Part shown: piece by piece, positions 16,601 to 25,336 of the stretch | How positions within the stretch are numbered: the stretch's first letter is position 1 | How the letters are laid out: each line of letters begins with the position of its first letter | DNA from: Pyrodictium abyssi | Lineage (GTDB): Archaea > Thermoproteota > Thermoprotei_A > Sulfolobales > Pyrodictiaceae | Direction of reading: 5' to 3' | Assembly: GCF_036323395.1 (NCBI RefSeq) | Contig: NZ_AP028907.1 | Coordinates: 870,001-902,000 of the forward strand | DNA: 32,000 nt | Notes under the pieces: generated by a model | What the model saw: the letters and a program-made list of their open reading frames with translations, nothing else | What the model was told of the DNA's origin: nothing | Database searches by the model: none | Position numbers and translations under genes: made by a program

Positions 16601-16693
16601 GTTACTCCGCGTGCCGTGGCTTAGGCTGTTATGGTGCTCAGGCCATGGGAGTTTCCTCATCCCTCCCTCGAGGTCGGAGACCGCTAATCCACA

Positions 16694-17182
16694 TCACTGC
16701 TCCCTAGGCGCCAGCCCTACCCCTTTACACGCCGAGACAACGGCCTCCAATAACTTTACAACACTTACAACGTCTGAAGGCTCTCTACACTCAACCGAGA
16801 CATTAGATTCATACGAAGCTGGTAGGGCTTGTAGACTGGCTGCAACCGGACGAGGCGGCGTAACAACCACAATGCACGAGTTATGACTAGATACAATCCA
16901 TCCAGCCCCGCCGCCTGCTGCACAGCTGGAGCTGCTACACAGCTTCTCGTGCACTAGTGATACACAGTCGTAGAGCCTTGATACATCTGCTGCTACAAGC
17001 CTAAATGGCACCTCGTACATACAGCCAGGCAAACCAGTGCCACCCTTGGGGTACCTAGCTAAAAGCCCGGCTCGTCTAAGGGTCTCGGGGCCTGGTACCC
17101 CCGGGAACGGATACGGGGATAGGTATCTAACCCTCCCGAAAAACTCTGGGCAACCCGAGTTAAAGCAATAGGTGGCAAGCAC
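16694..17182 (-). CDS. hypothetical cysteine-rich protein (162 aa from the GTG at 17182)
   Basis: It is the only long open frame in the 690-nt argF-ctaB gap, with about 185 stop-free codons inside the gap. GTG 17182..17180 lies 34 nt downstream of a TATA-like box, and an internal ATG at 17020 is an alternative start. The protein has 9 Cys, is Pro/Gly/Ser-rich and has few charged residues, which is atypical for this genome. Coding status is therefore uncertain. Confidence 0.4.
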   Translation of the reverse strand: MLATYCFNSGCPEFFGRVRYLSPYPFPGVPGPETLRRAGLLARYPKGGTGLPGCMYEVPFRLVAADVSRLYDCVSLVHEKLCSSSSCAAGGGAGWIVSSHNSCIVVVTPPRPVAASLQALPASYESNVSVECREPSDVVSVVKLLEAVVSACKGVGLAPREQ

Positions 17183-17201
17183 AGAGGGCGGCCAAAAGTT
17201 T

Positions 17202-17223
17202 GTGGCTAGGAGCCACTTATACA
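17202..17223. promoter_or_regulatory. shared bidirectional TATA element (CTTATACA) with an abutting palindrome GTGGCT-N3-AGCCAC
   Basis: CTTATACA at 17216-17223 is 27 nt upstream of the ctaB ATG (17250). Its complement TGTATAAG is 34 nt upstream of the minus-strand GTG at 17182. The inverted repeat at 17202-17216 touches the box. Confidence 0.35.
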
Positions 17224-17249
17224 ATGATTTCGGAGAGGATTGATTAGTA

Positions 17250-18194
17250 ATGAGTAGACGCGACTCCCGGCTTAAAACAGAGTACGCGGAACCATCTAGA
17301 AAACGCAGCGGACTCATTGCCGACATTGCAGCCCTGATAAAGCTCCGCCAGACAACACTTCTAGTGGTATCAATGTATGCATCCTTCATACTTGGTGGCG
17401 GCATCGGTTATCCGCTCAAGATGCACATGCTAGTAGTAGCCCTAGGATACATAGCTATATCAAGTGTCACAGCTATAAACATGTACTTTGATCGGGATAT
17501 AGACGCTATAATGCCTAGAACTATGGAAAGACCACTGGCAAGTGGTAGGCTAAACCCAAACATGGTACTTGCTGTATCCATATCCCTTCTCGTAGCCTCG
17601 CTAGCCCTAGCATCAATCTACATCAACATATACTACAGCATTGCAATAGCTATAGGCTTCATGTTCGACATAGTTGCCTACACAATACTGCTCAAACGCA
17701 AAACGCCGCTCAGCATAGTGGCAGGCGCAGTTGCTGGCGGTGCTCCATCGCTGGGAGGATGGGCTGCAGCAACAGGAACAATAGATGTAAATGCACTACT
17801 ACTCTCACTCCTAGTGGTCGTATGGGTACCTGCACACATATGGTTCCTAGCCACGTTCTATCGGGAGGACTATAGGAGAGCCAGTGTACCAATGCTCCCC
17901 GTTGTAGCAGACCCAAACGTAACAGCCATGGGGATAGGGTTTGGCGCCCTCATAATGGGCTACGTGATAGTCGGTCTATGGCTCAACAGGGTTATAGGTG
18001 CAGTGTCGCTAGCCTACGGGTTATTCGCGTCAACGCACCTATTCGCGATGGCGGTGAACTATGGATTAACGGGCGGCGATGAAATCTACGCAAGAAGGGC
18101 ATTCAAGATAACTAATATGCACCTTGGCATACTATACATGGTCATGGTGCTGGAGAAGGCTATCGCACCAGGGCTAAGCCTAGGGCTAGACTAG
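17250..18194 (+). CDS. ctaB: protohaem IX farnesyltransferase (haem O synthase, UbiA family)
   Basis: The protein is polytopic. The first Asp-rich motif is NMYFDRDIDAIMPRTMERPLASG, and the second region is YREDYRRASVPMLP, typical of CtaB/CyoE. Confidence 0.9.
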   Translation: MSRRDSRLKTEYAEPSRKRSGLIADIAALIKLRQTTLLVVSMYASFILGGGIGYPLKMHMLVVALGYIAISSVTAINMYFDRDIDAIMPRTMERPLASGRLNPNMVLAVSISLLVASLALASIYINIYYSIAIAIGFMFDIVAYTILLKRKTPLSIVAGAVAGGAPSLGGWAAATGTIDVNALLLSLLVVVWVPAHIWFLATFYREDYRRASVPMLPVVADPNVTAMGIGFGALIMGYVIVGLWLNRVIGAVSLAYGLFASTHLFAMAVNYGLTGGDEIYARRAFKITNMHLGILYMVMVLEKAIAPGLSLGLD

Positions 18195-19298
18195 AGACGT
18201 GTAATCACCCCACTCGCTGAGAGCTTTTCTGCTAACGTCACCGGCGCGCGGACCGGTAAACCGAAGCGAGCCATCGCTCTTTGGCAGGCCCAGCCTTGCG
18301 GTGGACCAGTGTCTACGTGGTATTGGTAGCCTCGAGCCTATGGGGTAGAACGTTGAGGGGGACCTTAGCTTGTTTGCCTCCTTTATAGCCGATATCACAG
18401 CTTCTACCCTATCTTCGAAGCGCTCTAACTCTTTAAGCCTCGGTCTGACCTCGATAGGCTCGCCACGCCAGTTTAGGCAAGGAATCAGCTTAAAGTCGTA
18501 AGTTATGCGTATGCGTGTGCATCCGGCACAGAATATGAAGTTGCCAACGGGGCCTACTATCTCTACTTTAACGCCATTGTCGAGTATTAGCACGGGGCGA
18601 TTGTGAAGCCCTACACGGTACTTTATCTCTACTATCCGGTTTTCGAGCTTCTCAAGTACACGCCAGCGTGGCAGATGGTGTTCGCGGAACTTTTTAGTAG
18701 CTTTGCCAACAGGATGTAGCTCGATGAACTGTACGGTGGCTCCTATCTCTGAGGCAAAGTCTATTATCTTGAGTATATCCTCTTCGTTGACACCTCTTAG
18801 TATTACAAAGTTTATCTTCAAGGGTATGCCATACTCGTGGGCAAGTCTTAGGTTTGCCACAACACGGTCAACGAGTGTTGAGCCGGTTATGGTCTTGAAC
18901 GCGCTACTAGACAGGGCGTGAAGACTTACATTTATATGGTCTATGCCTACATCGGCTAGCTTTGGTAGATGATTGTGTAGGAGTGATCCATTAGTTGTGA
19001 TGGAAACATAGGCGTTGCATCTATCCTTCATTATGGATACTATGTCTGCGAGGTCTTCTCGAAGCGTGGGTTCGCCCCCGGTTATCTTAAAGGCCTTTAT
19101 TCCGAGTCTACGTGCCGCTTCAGCTATAAGCTCTATCTCGTCAAGTGTAAGCTCTTGTTGCTTTATTTCCTGCTCTTTGTAGCCCTCCATGTGGCAGAAG
19201 AAGCATGAGAAGTTACAACGCCCTGTAACCATAACTCTAAGGTTAGTTAGAGGTCTACCGTATCTGTCTATAATTGGCGTAGCGAACCCACCCACCAC
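18186..19298 (-). CDS. moaA: GTP 3',8-cyclase MoaA (radical SAM, molybdenum cofactor biosynthesis)
   Basis: The radical-SAM cluster CNFSCFFC is at 19194-19217. The motifs ITGGEPTLR and a C-terminal second cluster region (CAGCTRIRIT) are present. AATATAATA lies about 25-35 nt upstream. Confidence 0.85.
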   Translation of the reverse strand: MVGGFATPIIDRYGRPLTNLRVMVTGRCNFSCFFCHMEGYKEQEIKQQELTLDEIELIAEAARRLGIKAFKITGGEPTLREDLADIVSIMKDRCNAYVSITTNGSLLHNHLPKLADVGIDHINVSLHALSSSAFKTITGSTLVDRVVANLRLAHEYGIPLKINFVILRGVNEEDILKIIDFASEIGATVQFIELHPVGKATKKFREHHLPRWRVLEKLENRIVEIKYRVGLHNRPVLILDNGVKVEIVGPVGNFIFCAGCTRIRITYDFKLIPCLNWRGEPIEVRPRLKELERFEDRVEAVISAIKEANKLRSPSTFYPIGSRLPIPRRHWSTARLGLPKSDGSLRFTGPRAGDVSRKALSEWGDYTSLV

Positions 19299-19503
19299 TC
19301 TGCAGGCCGGTCAACAAGGGTATTATATTGCAGTCTCCGCTGGTACATCCGGCACTCGTCCCGGGATCCTAACCCATTATTACCCGGAAGGCGGTGTGCA
19401 CTTAGCCAGTCCGGGGCAACAAACTCTGGGGACTAGAAAGCCGCGACAGGCTCGTGCTGGGCTATGGCAAATCTAGGGTATAGCCAGCGGGGGTTAGCAC
19501 GCC

Positions 19504-19734
19504 TTGACCGGAGCCAAGTATGAGAAGCCGTGTCCACGCTGCCGTACACGCATGGAGTATAGAGTCGAGATGGAATTCGGAGAAAACGGTATGCGGCGCA
19601 TACGCTACTACTACCGCTGCCCGAGATGCGGGTACCGTGTGCACGACCTATCACTTGTTGTTAGACGTGGAAACGGCGGCGGTGTGGTTATCGAGTGCGA
19701 AGAGTATAGGGAGAGAATACGGACAGCAAGATAG
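19504..19734 (+). CDS. small zinc-ribbon protein (76 aa)
   Basis: Two CxxC pairs are present (CPRCRTRM ... CPRCGYRV). The track gives a TTG start. The overlapping frame 19520..19750 lacks any motif and looks spurious. GGTTTTTAC follows shortly after the stop. Confidence 0.5.
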   Translation: MTGAKYEKPCPRCRTRMEYRVEMEFGENGMRRIRYYYRCPRCGYRVHDLSLVVRRGNGGGVVIECEEYRERIRTAR

Positions 19735-19933
19735 TGGCAGCGAGCAATAATGGGTGAATGGTTTTGGACCCGGTTTTTACAGAAGACCTAGGCTCTTCTA
19801 GCCTCCTAGTTCATCCACTATTGGTGGGGTTTAGTTGTATAGCCTAGCTCCGGAACAGTCCTTAAGTAATGCTCCTCGCCAAGCTACTACCACTACACGG
19901 TAGCGTGAACGCTGATGCATCTCTCCTAGGGCT

Positions 19934-20578
19934 TTGGAGGTATGTAGTGAGGCCTTGTTGAGGAACATGATAAAAAGACTGGTAAAGTCCTACCGTGACG
20001 TACTGCAGTATGCACGGATACTGAATGCACAGAGTATAGCCAGAAGAATGTTCGTCACAAACAGCTTCGACGGCCTACTCTCGGGGCTGGGTGTTATACT
20101 CGGCAGCTATCTGAGCGGTGCTACCAACCCGGCAAACTATGTAGGCAGTGTGATAGGCGCATCGTTCTCTATGGGGTTCTTTAGTGGTGTAGTCGCAACA
20201 TACCTCTCAGAGCGCGCGGAACGCCTCCAGGAGCTCCGCAGAACCGAGCGAGCGATGCTCCATCCACTACGTGGAAGTATATACGAGAGAGCAGCAAAAG
20301 TAGTACCGATATATGTAGCGTTGTGGAGCGGTCTTGGCGCAATGCTGTTGCCCACTATAGGCGTCTCACCATTCATACTTGCCGAGGCCCTGGGGATAAA
20401 CGTCCCAATACCGATACTAGTCTACACCTCAGCAGGGCTAATGGTCGCTGAACTATTCATGCTAGGAGTATACCTCGGCAAGATAAGCGGCGAGAACAAG
20501 CTAGTAAGCGGCGCCAGGCTAGCCCTAATAGGCCTCGCAGCGGTACTATTCTTCACTATAGCCTCGCTAGTGATGTGA
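19934..20578 (+). CDS. VIT1/CCC1-family membrane protein (putative Fe/Mn transporter)
   Basis: FVTNSFDGLLSGLGVILGS and SFSMGFFSGVVATYLSERAERLQE match the VIT-family pattern (nDGl...; SMa.GeY.Se), followed by C-terminal TM helices. The start is either TTG 19934 or ATG 19967. Confidence 0.65.
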   Translation: MEVCSEALLRNMIKRLVKSYRDVLQYARILNAQSIARRMFVTNSFDGLLSGLGVILGSYLSGATNPANYVGSVIGASFSMGFFSGVVATYLSERAERLQELRRTERAMLHPLRGSIYERAAKVVPIYVALWSGLGAMLLPTIGVSPFILAEALGINVPIPILVYTSAGLMVAELFMLGVYLGKISGENKLVSGARLALIGLAAVLFFTIASLVM

Positions 20579-20685
20579 CACGGGCTTCGCGGGCCTCGGA
20601 ACAGCGAAGAGCTCATCAGTGCTGCATAAACCCTAAGCGGTTACAAGGGGCTCAGCTCCGCCGGAATGCCTCATCGGTGCCCAAG

Positions 20686-21372
20686 GTGGAGTGCAGAAGG
20701 CTGTTAGAGGATAAATGTTTGAGGAGCGAGTGGTGCCGCGAGCTACTTAAACTCGTAAAGAGCGTCGAAGGAGGCGACGAGGCACACGGGTTCCCTCACA
20801 CGCTACGCGTATTGTGTAGAGCACTAAAGCTAGCTGAAGGCAAGAATGTGGACTATAGGGTACTAGTCGCTTCAGCGCTACTCCATGATATAGGCAGGCC
20901 CTTCGAGAACCAGGCAGGCGTGCACCACGCGGCTCTCTCAGCCTTCATGGCTAGGCTTATACTCCCTGGGCTAGGCTTCAGCCCAGAGGAAGTAGCACGT
21001 GTCGAGAGAGCCATACTTGAGCACAGCTTCAGCCTCTCAGAGAAGAACCGAGACAAGCCCGGATCCAAGTCGAGCATAGAATCGTGTATACTGAGTGACG
21101 CAGACAAGCTAGACGCACTCGGTGCGGTAGGCGCCTACAGGCTAGTCGAGACATCAGCCCAGCGCAGGCGCAGCATGCGCCAGACACTAGCCCACTACCA
21201 CGAGAAGCTATCAAAACTACCAGACTACATGTGCACGGAAGAGGCCCGTAGAGAAGCGGCCCAATTACTGGAGAGGCTCCGAAGCTTCGTGGAATGGCTA
21301 TACGAGGAGAGCAAAGACTACTTCGACCTAGCAGAGGCTGTGGATAAGGCTTTTCCCTCCACGGGCTACTAG
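20686..21372 (+). CDS. HD-domain metal-dependent phosphohydrolase
   Basis: Motifs are HGFPHTLRV, ALLHDIGRP and SDADKLDALGAVG. The start is uncertain. The track ORF begins at GTG 20575, overlapping the VIT stop by 4 nt, but its first roughly 40 residues are Arg/Gln/Cys-rich and unlike HD proteins. GTG 20686 and TTG 20719 are alternatives. Confidence 0.7.
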   Translation: MECRRLLEDKCLRSEWCRELLKLVKSVEGGDEAHGFPHTLRVLCRALKLAEGKNVDYRVLVASALLHDIGRPFENQAGVHHAALSAFMARLILPGLGFSPEEVARVERAILEHSFSLSEKNRDKPGSKSSIESCILSDADKLDALGAVGAYRLVETSAQRRRSMRQTLAHYHEKLSKLPDYMCTEEARREAAQLLERLRSFVEWLYEESKDYFDLAEAVDKAFPSTGY

Positions 21373-21415
21373 ACCCACGGGTATCAGCCATAGAGCAGAG
21401 GCATGGTGGATAAGA

Positions 21416-22702
21416 GTGGTAAAACGCCTCATACTACTCATACTAGACGGTGCAGCTGATAGGCCAGTTGACGGTAAGACGCCTCTCTCAGAGGCATATA
21501 CACCAGGCCTAGACAGGCTAGCACAGAACGCAGTATGCGGGTTCCACTACCCGGTGTCCCCGGGCATAGCGCCGGAAAGCGACCTAGCCACGATATCGCT
21601 GCTAGGATACGTGCCCGAGAAGTACTACACTGGAAGGGGGCCCCTCGAGGCCCTCGGTATAGGCCTCGCCATTAAGCAGGGGCACGAGGTGGCCTTCAGG
21701 GCAAACTTTGCCACCATAGACCCGGCTACCCGCCGGATAATAGACCGTAGAGTGGGCCGGAGCCTAGGCAGCGAAGAGGCTAGAGAACTCGCACGCGCGC
21801 TTGACGGGATGCAGCTCGGGCAAGACGGGTACGCGGTAGTGAGGGCCACTATAGGCCATCGCGCAGTAGTAGTAATCGGGAGTCGTAGCCAGCGCTTGAG
21901 CGCAGCAGTATCCAACATAGACCCAGCCTACGTGAGAAAGGGCCTCATCTCCGAGGCCGTAAAGGACCCCGAAATGGTCCTGCCCAGGTGCAAGCCACTG
22001 GAGGACACAGAGGAGGCGCGCCGGACATGCGAAATGGTGGACGAGTTCGTTGACAGGGCCATTGAGGTGCTAGAGGCGCACCCGGTAAACGCTGAGCGTG
22101 CGAATAAGGGGTTGCTTAAGGCTAACGCGATTCTCCTCAGAGACGCTGGTGATAGGATACCCGAGATGCCGCCTATATCGAAACAGCTAGGGCTATCCCC
22201 TGCTGCCGCAATAGCCGAGATGCCTGTTGAGATAGGTATAGCGAGAGCAGCCGGAATGAAGCCGTACATGGTGTCTCCGCCGTCGGGAGACCTGGCTCGG
22301 GATCTTCCGGAGAGACTTGAGGCTGTACTAAAGGCCCTCAGGGATGGTAACGGCTTCGTATACGTGCATTTGAAAGGTCCTGATGAGCCAGGCCACGACG
22401 GAGACTTTGAAGGAAAGAAGAAAGCAATAGAGCTAATAGATAAGCACTTCGTGTCCCCTCTACTAGACCACATAGACCTAAAGGAGACAGCAATACTAGT
22501 AACATCAGACCATGCTACACCGTGGAGCCTTAAGAGCCATAGCGGCGATCTTGTCCCATGGATGCTCAGTTGGGGAGAGATACCCGACGGCCCAGGCGAG
22601 TTCAGCGAGATAGCCTGCAAGAAGCATGGCGGCCAGATACTAGAGCACGGCTGGCTTCTGCTCCCATACGTGGTGGAGTTCATAAAGAAGAGGGCTCAGT
22701 AG
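21416..22702 (+). CDS. apgM: 2,3-bisphosphoglycerate-independent phosphoglycerate mutase, archaeal type
   Basis: GTG start. Motifs are LILDGAADRP, TPGLDRLA, LKGPDEPGHDGD and VTSDHATP. The 251-aa antisense ORF 21928..22683 is Ser-rich and was rejected. Confidence 0.92.
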   Translation: MVKRLILLILDGAADRPVDGKTPLSEAYTPGLDRLAQNAVCGFHYPVSPGIAPESDLATISLLGYVPEKYYTGRGPLEALGIGLAIKQGHEVAFRANFATIDPATRRIIDRRVGRSLGSEEARELARALDGMQLGQDGYAVVRATIGHRAVVVIGSRSQRLSAAVSNIDPAYVRKGLISEAVKDPEMVLPRCKPLEDTEEARRTCEMVDEFVDRAIEVLEAHPVNAERANKGLLKANAILLRDAGDRIPEMPPISKQLGLSPAAAIAEMPVEIGIARAAGMKPYMVSPPSGDLARDLPERLEAVLKALRDGNGFVYVHLKGPDEPGHDGDFEGKKKAIELIDKHFVSPLLDHIDLKETAILVTSDHATPWSLKSHSGDLVPWMLSWGEIPDGPGEFSEIACKKHGGQILEHGWLLLPYVVEFIKKRAQ

Positions 22703-22730
22703 CGCCCGAAGCGTCATCACCATCGACTAG

Positions 22731-22764
22731 GGAGCCAGGAGGCTCCACATGTGCTATGCTTTTT
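22731..22764 (+). terminator. apgM transcript end: GGAGCC-N4-GGCTCC hairpin followed by a T5 tract
   Basis: The hairpin is at 22731-22746, 29 nt after the stop. The TTTTT run is at 22760-22764. Oligo-T is the usual archaeal termination signal. Confidence 0.4.
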
Positions 22765-22980
22765 CAGCTCCGGTCCACTTCAGCACAGCCCATACTGTGG
22801 CAAGTCTCTCCACCAATAATAACTATCATCATCCTAGGAGCTAGGGGTAAGCAGTATAACATGGCAACATGGTAACCTACCGGTATTGGCCCCGTTCATC
22901 GTGTAGGCGATGAAGACCCCGAAGATAGGGAAGGCACGCGGCCGATGGCCAGGGCCTTCCTAGCGGAGCCCCAGCCCTCG

Positions 22981-23730
22981 CTAAACTACCTCGAACACTA
23001 CAGTGTCTAGCCGTGCTACTCTGTTCAAACACTCCAGGTAGTCTTCATCGTGTTCAGCCTTCTTCATGCAGTCTGATACCTCCTTTAGCCTCCAGTAGTC
23101 GTCTTCGCTGAAGGGCTTCACGAGCCTAGCTACCGACATACAGTTTCTGGACACGATGAACTCGGCTAGGCCTCCCTGGGCTAGGAAGTCGGCAATGGAT
23201 GCTACATCGCGTGGAGATGGATAGCATGAGGGGCTTGGATGGGTATGGGCGAAAACTACAGCAGGGATAAGCGGGAGGCTAACTTCGTATTCTCTCCCAG
23301 GGCCATAGGCTATTTCACTGTTCCATCCAACCACGAGGAAATACTCCCTATCAGTCACTGATAACTCTGCTAAGGGCTTATAGAAGCTGCTACGAAAGAG
23401 GCTTACAATGCGTGATGTTAGCTCGTCAAAACCTATAGCATCCTCGCTGAAGTCCTCTCGACACTCCACTGTATAATCTACAAGCGGTGCTCCAAGTATC
23501 CTTGGCAGTGCCGAGGCTAGAGCATCAAGCGTGTCATCTACACAGCGGCTAGAATAGAGTAGTATACGTGGCTTGTCGCCTCCACATAGCGGCTTGACAC
23601 GTGCAGCTAGGCCGGCGTCTTCTTCGTAGTACGAGAGAACGTGGAATGCTAGGCCGAGGCAGGTGATGTTCCTCGTGGCTTCTCTTACCTCACTGCCTTC
23701 TAGTGCGGTAGTGGGGCCTCGGGCCGGCAT
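22981..23730 (-). CDS. JAMM/MPN+ metalloprotease-domain protein with an unrecognised N-terminal domain
   Basis: A complete HxHx7Sx2D motif, AHTHPSPSCYPSPRD, is encoded at 23206-23247 (residues 162-175 of 249). The preceding roughly 150 residues match nothing I recognise. Confidence 0.65.
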   Translation of the reverse strand: MPARGPTTALEGSEVREATRNITCLGLAFHVLSYYEEDAGLAARVKPLCGGDKPRILLYSSRCVDDTLDALASALPRILGAPLVDYTVECREDFSEDAIGFDELTSRIVSLFRSSFYKPLAELSVTDREYFLVVGWNSEIAYGPGREYEVSLPLIPAVVFAHTHPSPSCYPSPRDVASIADFLAQGGLAEFIVSRNCMSVARLVKPFSEDDYWRLKEVSDCMKKAEHDEDYLECLNRVARLDTVVFEVV

Positions 23731-23839
23731 CCCCTAGTCCTCATTAGGTGTTGCTCGGAGAAGCCCGGAGCCCTCCTCACGGGCCAAGGGGTATGTATAG
23801 AACCAGGAAGGGGTTTTTATAAAACAGTCCCTTGGAGGG

Positions 23840-25231
23840 TTAGAGGTTGAAGTACATGTAGACCTCCATTGGGTTGGGGTACTGGCGTAGCTCGCCAGCC
23901 TCGGCGCGCTTGACCTCTATGTAGGCCTCTATTATCTCCTTAGTGAATATCGGCTTTAGGAACTCGTTATCGCTCTCTAGCTCGTCTAGGGCCTCGTCGA
24001 GGCTCCTTGGCAGCTCCTTTATGCCTAGCCGCTTCCTCTCGGCCTCGCTCATCTCGTAGACGTTGCGGTCTATCGGGTCACCGGGGTCAATCTTCTTCTT
24101 TATGCCGTCGAGGCCGGCGGCTAGTATAGCGGCGAAGGCGAGGTATGGGTTAGCTGACGGGTCTGGGCTGCGGAACTCTATGCGCTTCGCCTTCTCTACG
24201 CCCTTCTCGTAGAACGGTATACGTATCGCGGCGCTGCGGTTAGCCTTGGCCCATACCATGTATACTGGTGCCTCGTAGCCGGGTACTAGACGCTTGTAGC
24301 TGTTCACCGTAGGGGCTACGAGAGCTGCTAGTGCCCTGCCGTGCTCTATTAGGCCTCCTATGAAGTATCTGGCTGTCTGGCTTAGCTCAGCGTACTCGTC
24401 GTTGGGGTCGTAGAAGAGGTTCCTGTTGCTGTTCTTGTCCCATAGGCTCACGTGGATGTGCATGCCGTTGCCGTTGTCGCCAGCAACAAGCTTAGGCATA
24501 AATGTTGCGGCTAGCCCGTACTTTGCCGCTATGTTGCGTGCCACGTACTTCAGTGTTATTACACGGTCGGCTGTTGTCTTTAGGTCGCCGAACCTGAAGT
24601 CTATCTCCACCTGGCCGAGTGCCGCTACTTCGTGGTGGTGAGCCTCTACCTGGAAACCGAAGTAGTCTTCAAGCACAGTGGCTATCTCGTAGCGTATTTC
24701 GGCTACCTTGTCTATCGGGGTTGGCGTGTGGTAAGCCTTCTTTATCCTCTGGAAGCCCATATCCTCTTCAAAGTCTAGGTACTCGCGAGAGGATACACGA
24801 TAGCCTAGGCCCTTTGTGGGGGTCTCCACGTCGAGGAACAGCTCGTCAACAAGCATGAACTCTACTTCTGGGCCGAAGTAGGCTACAAGGCCCTGGGAGT
24901 CGAGGTACTCTATTGCACGGTCAGCTATATAGCGCGGGTCCTTAGGGAACCTGCCGCCGACGGAAAGGACGTCAGCTATCATGCGGGCTGTGTCCTTCCT
25001 CCACGGGAGTATAGCGAAGGTGTTAGGATCTGGGCGGAGACGGTAGTCGCTCTCGTGGATACTGGCAAAGCCTTCAACGCTGCTGCCATCTAGTAGGCTT
25101 AGACCCTGCTGGAACGCCTTCTCGTCAACCTCCTTAGCGGGCACTGATACGCTGCGTAGGTAGCCAGCTACGTCAACAAACTGAAACTCTACCCACCTAA
25201 CCTTCTCGAGAAGCTTGGCTATCTCCTGCAT
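23840..25231 (-). CDS. glnA: glutamine synthetase, type I
   Basis: 463 aa. Motifs are FGPEVEFMLVD, GDNGNGMHIHVSLW, NSYKRLVPGYEAP and RIEFRSPDPSANPYLAFAA. Confidence 0.95.
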   Translation of the reverse strand: MQEIAKLLEKVRWVEFQFVDVAGYLRSVSVPAKEVDEKAFQQGLSLLDGSSVEGFASIHESDYRLRPDPNTFAILPWRKDTARMIADVLSVGGRFPKDPRYIADRAIEYLDSQGLVAYFGPEVEFMLVDELFLDVETPTKGLGYRVSSREYLDFEEDMGFQRIKKAYHTPTPIDKVAEIRYEIATVLEDYFGFQVEAHHHEVAALGQVEIDFRFGDLKTTADRVITLKYVARNIAAKYGLAATFMPKLVAGDNGNGMHIHVSLWDKNSNRNLFYDPNDEYAELSQTARYFIGGLIEHGRALAALVAPTVNSYKRLVPGYEAPVYMVWAKANRSAAIRIPFYEKGVEKAKRIEFRSPDPSANPYLAFAAILAAGLDGIKKKIDPGDPIDRNVYEMSEAERKRLGIKELPRSLDEALDELESDNEFLKPIFTKEIIEAYIEVKRAEAGELRQYPNPMEVYMYFNL

Positions 25232-25307
25232 AACTGTTCGCCAGTCCTCCCCGCGTCTCCGAACACCTAACTAAACATTGTTGTAATGAGAGCCGTACCC
25301 TGTACTA

Positions 25308-25336
25308 TCAATTAAGGATTCTGTAGTGACAGAATA
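25308..25336. promoter_or_regulatory. palindrome ATTCTGT-N4-ACAGAAT plus a third ACAGAAC half-site in the glnA upstream region
   Basis: The palindrome is at 25308-25325 and the extra half-site is at 25330-25336. They lie 77-105 nt upstream of the glnA ATG (25231) and about 100-125 nt upstream of the divergent gene at 25435. Confidence 0.3.

Noticed and set aside
16611-16886. A 91-aa + strand ORF in the same gap.
   Set aside because: Its composition is Thr/Ser/His/Pro-rich with no start context, and it is shorter than the opposing frame.
16560-17250. A possible RNase P RNA or SRP RNA in the argF-ctaB gap. Signals were GAGGAAAC on the minus strand (complement of 16649-16658), a CCCGGCU-like segment near 17065-17075, and GGUGCUCAGGCCAUGGGAG near 16632-16650.
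   Set aside because: The CR-I-like and CR-IV-like segments are in the wrong order and orientation for RNase P. No GGAAAGUCC or SRP helix-8 GGAAG..AGCA motif is present. The central part is AT-rich and unstructured-looking. I report it only as an unexplained gap.
19361-19375. A tRNA T-arm-like sequence on the minus strand (GGGTTAGGATCCCGG).
   Set aside because: The loop reads TTAGGAT, so it lacks the invariant TTC. No acceptor, D or anticodon arms can be built around it.
19520-19750. An ATG-initiated 76-aa ORF overlapping the zinc-ribbon frame.
   Set aside because: Its composition is Ala/Thr/Ser-rich without motifs. The alternative frame carries two CxxC pairs.
20575-20685. A GTG start for the HD-domain gene overlapping the VIT stop by 4 nt (ATGTGA).
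   Set aside because: This is possible translational coupling. However, the 37-48 extra residues (MTRASRASEQRRAHQCCINPKRLQG...) are unlike HD-protein N-termini. I keep it as an alternative only.
21928-22683. A 251-aa minus-strand ORF.
   Set aside because: It is Ser-rich and antisense to apgM, which has all diagnostic motifs.
22764-22846. A possible C/D-box sRNA on the minus strand. The C box ATGATGA is at 22832..22826, with CTGA 42 nt downstream at 22783..22780 and again at 22767..22764.
   Set aside because: The expected internal D' and C' positions read GTGG and TGCCAC. No terminal stem flanks the boxes. The same stretch also fits the apgM terminator on the + strand.
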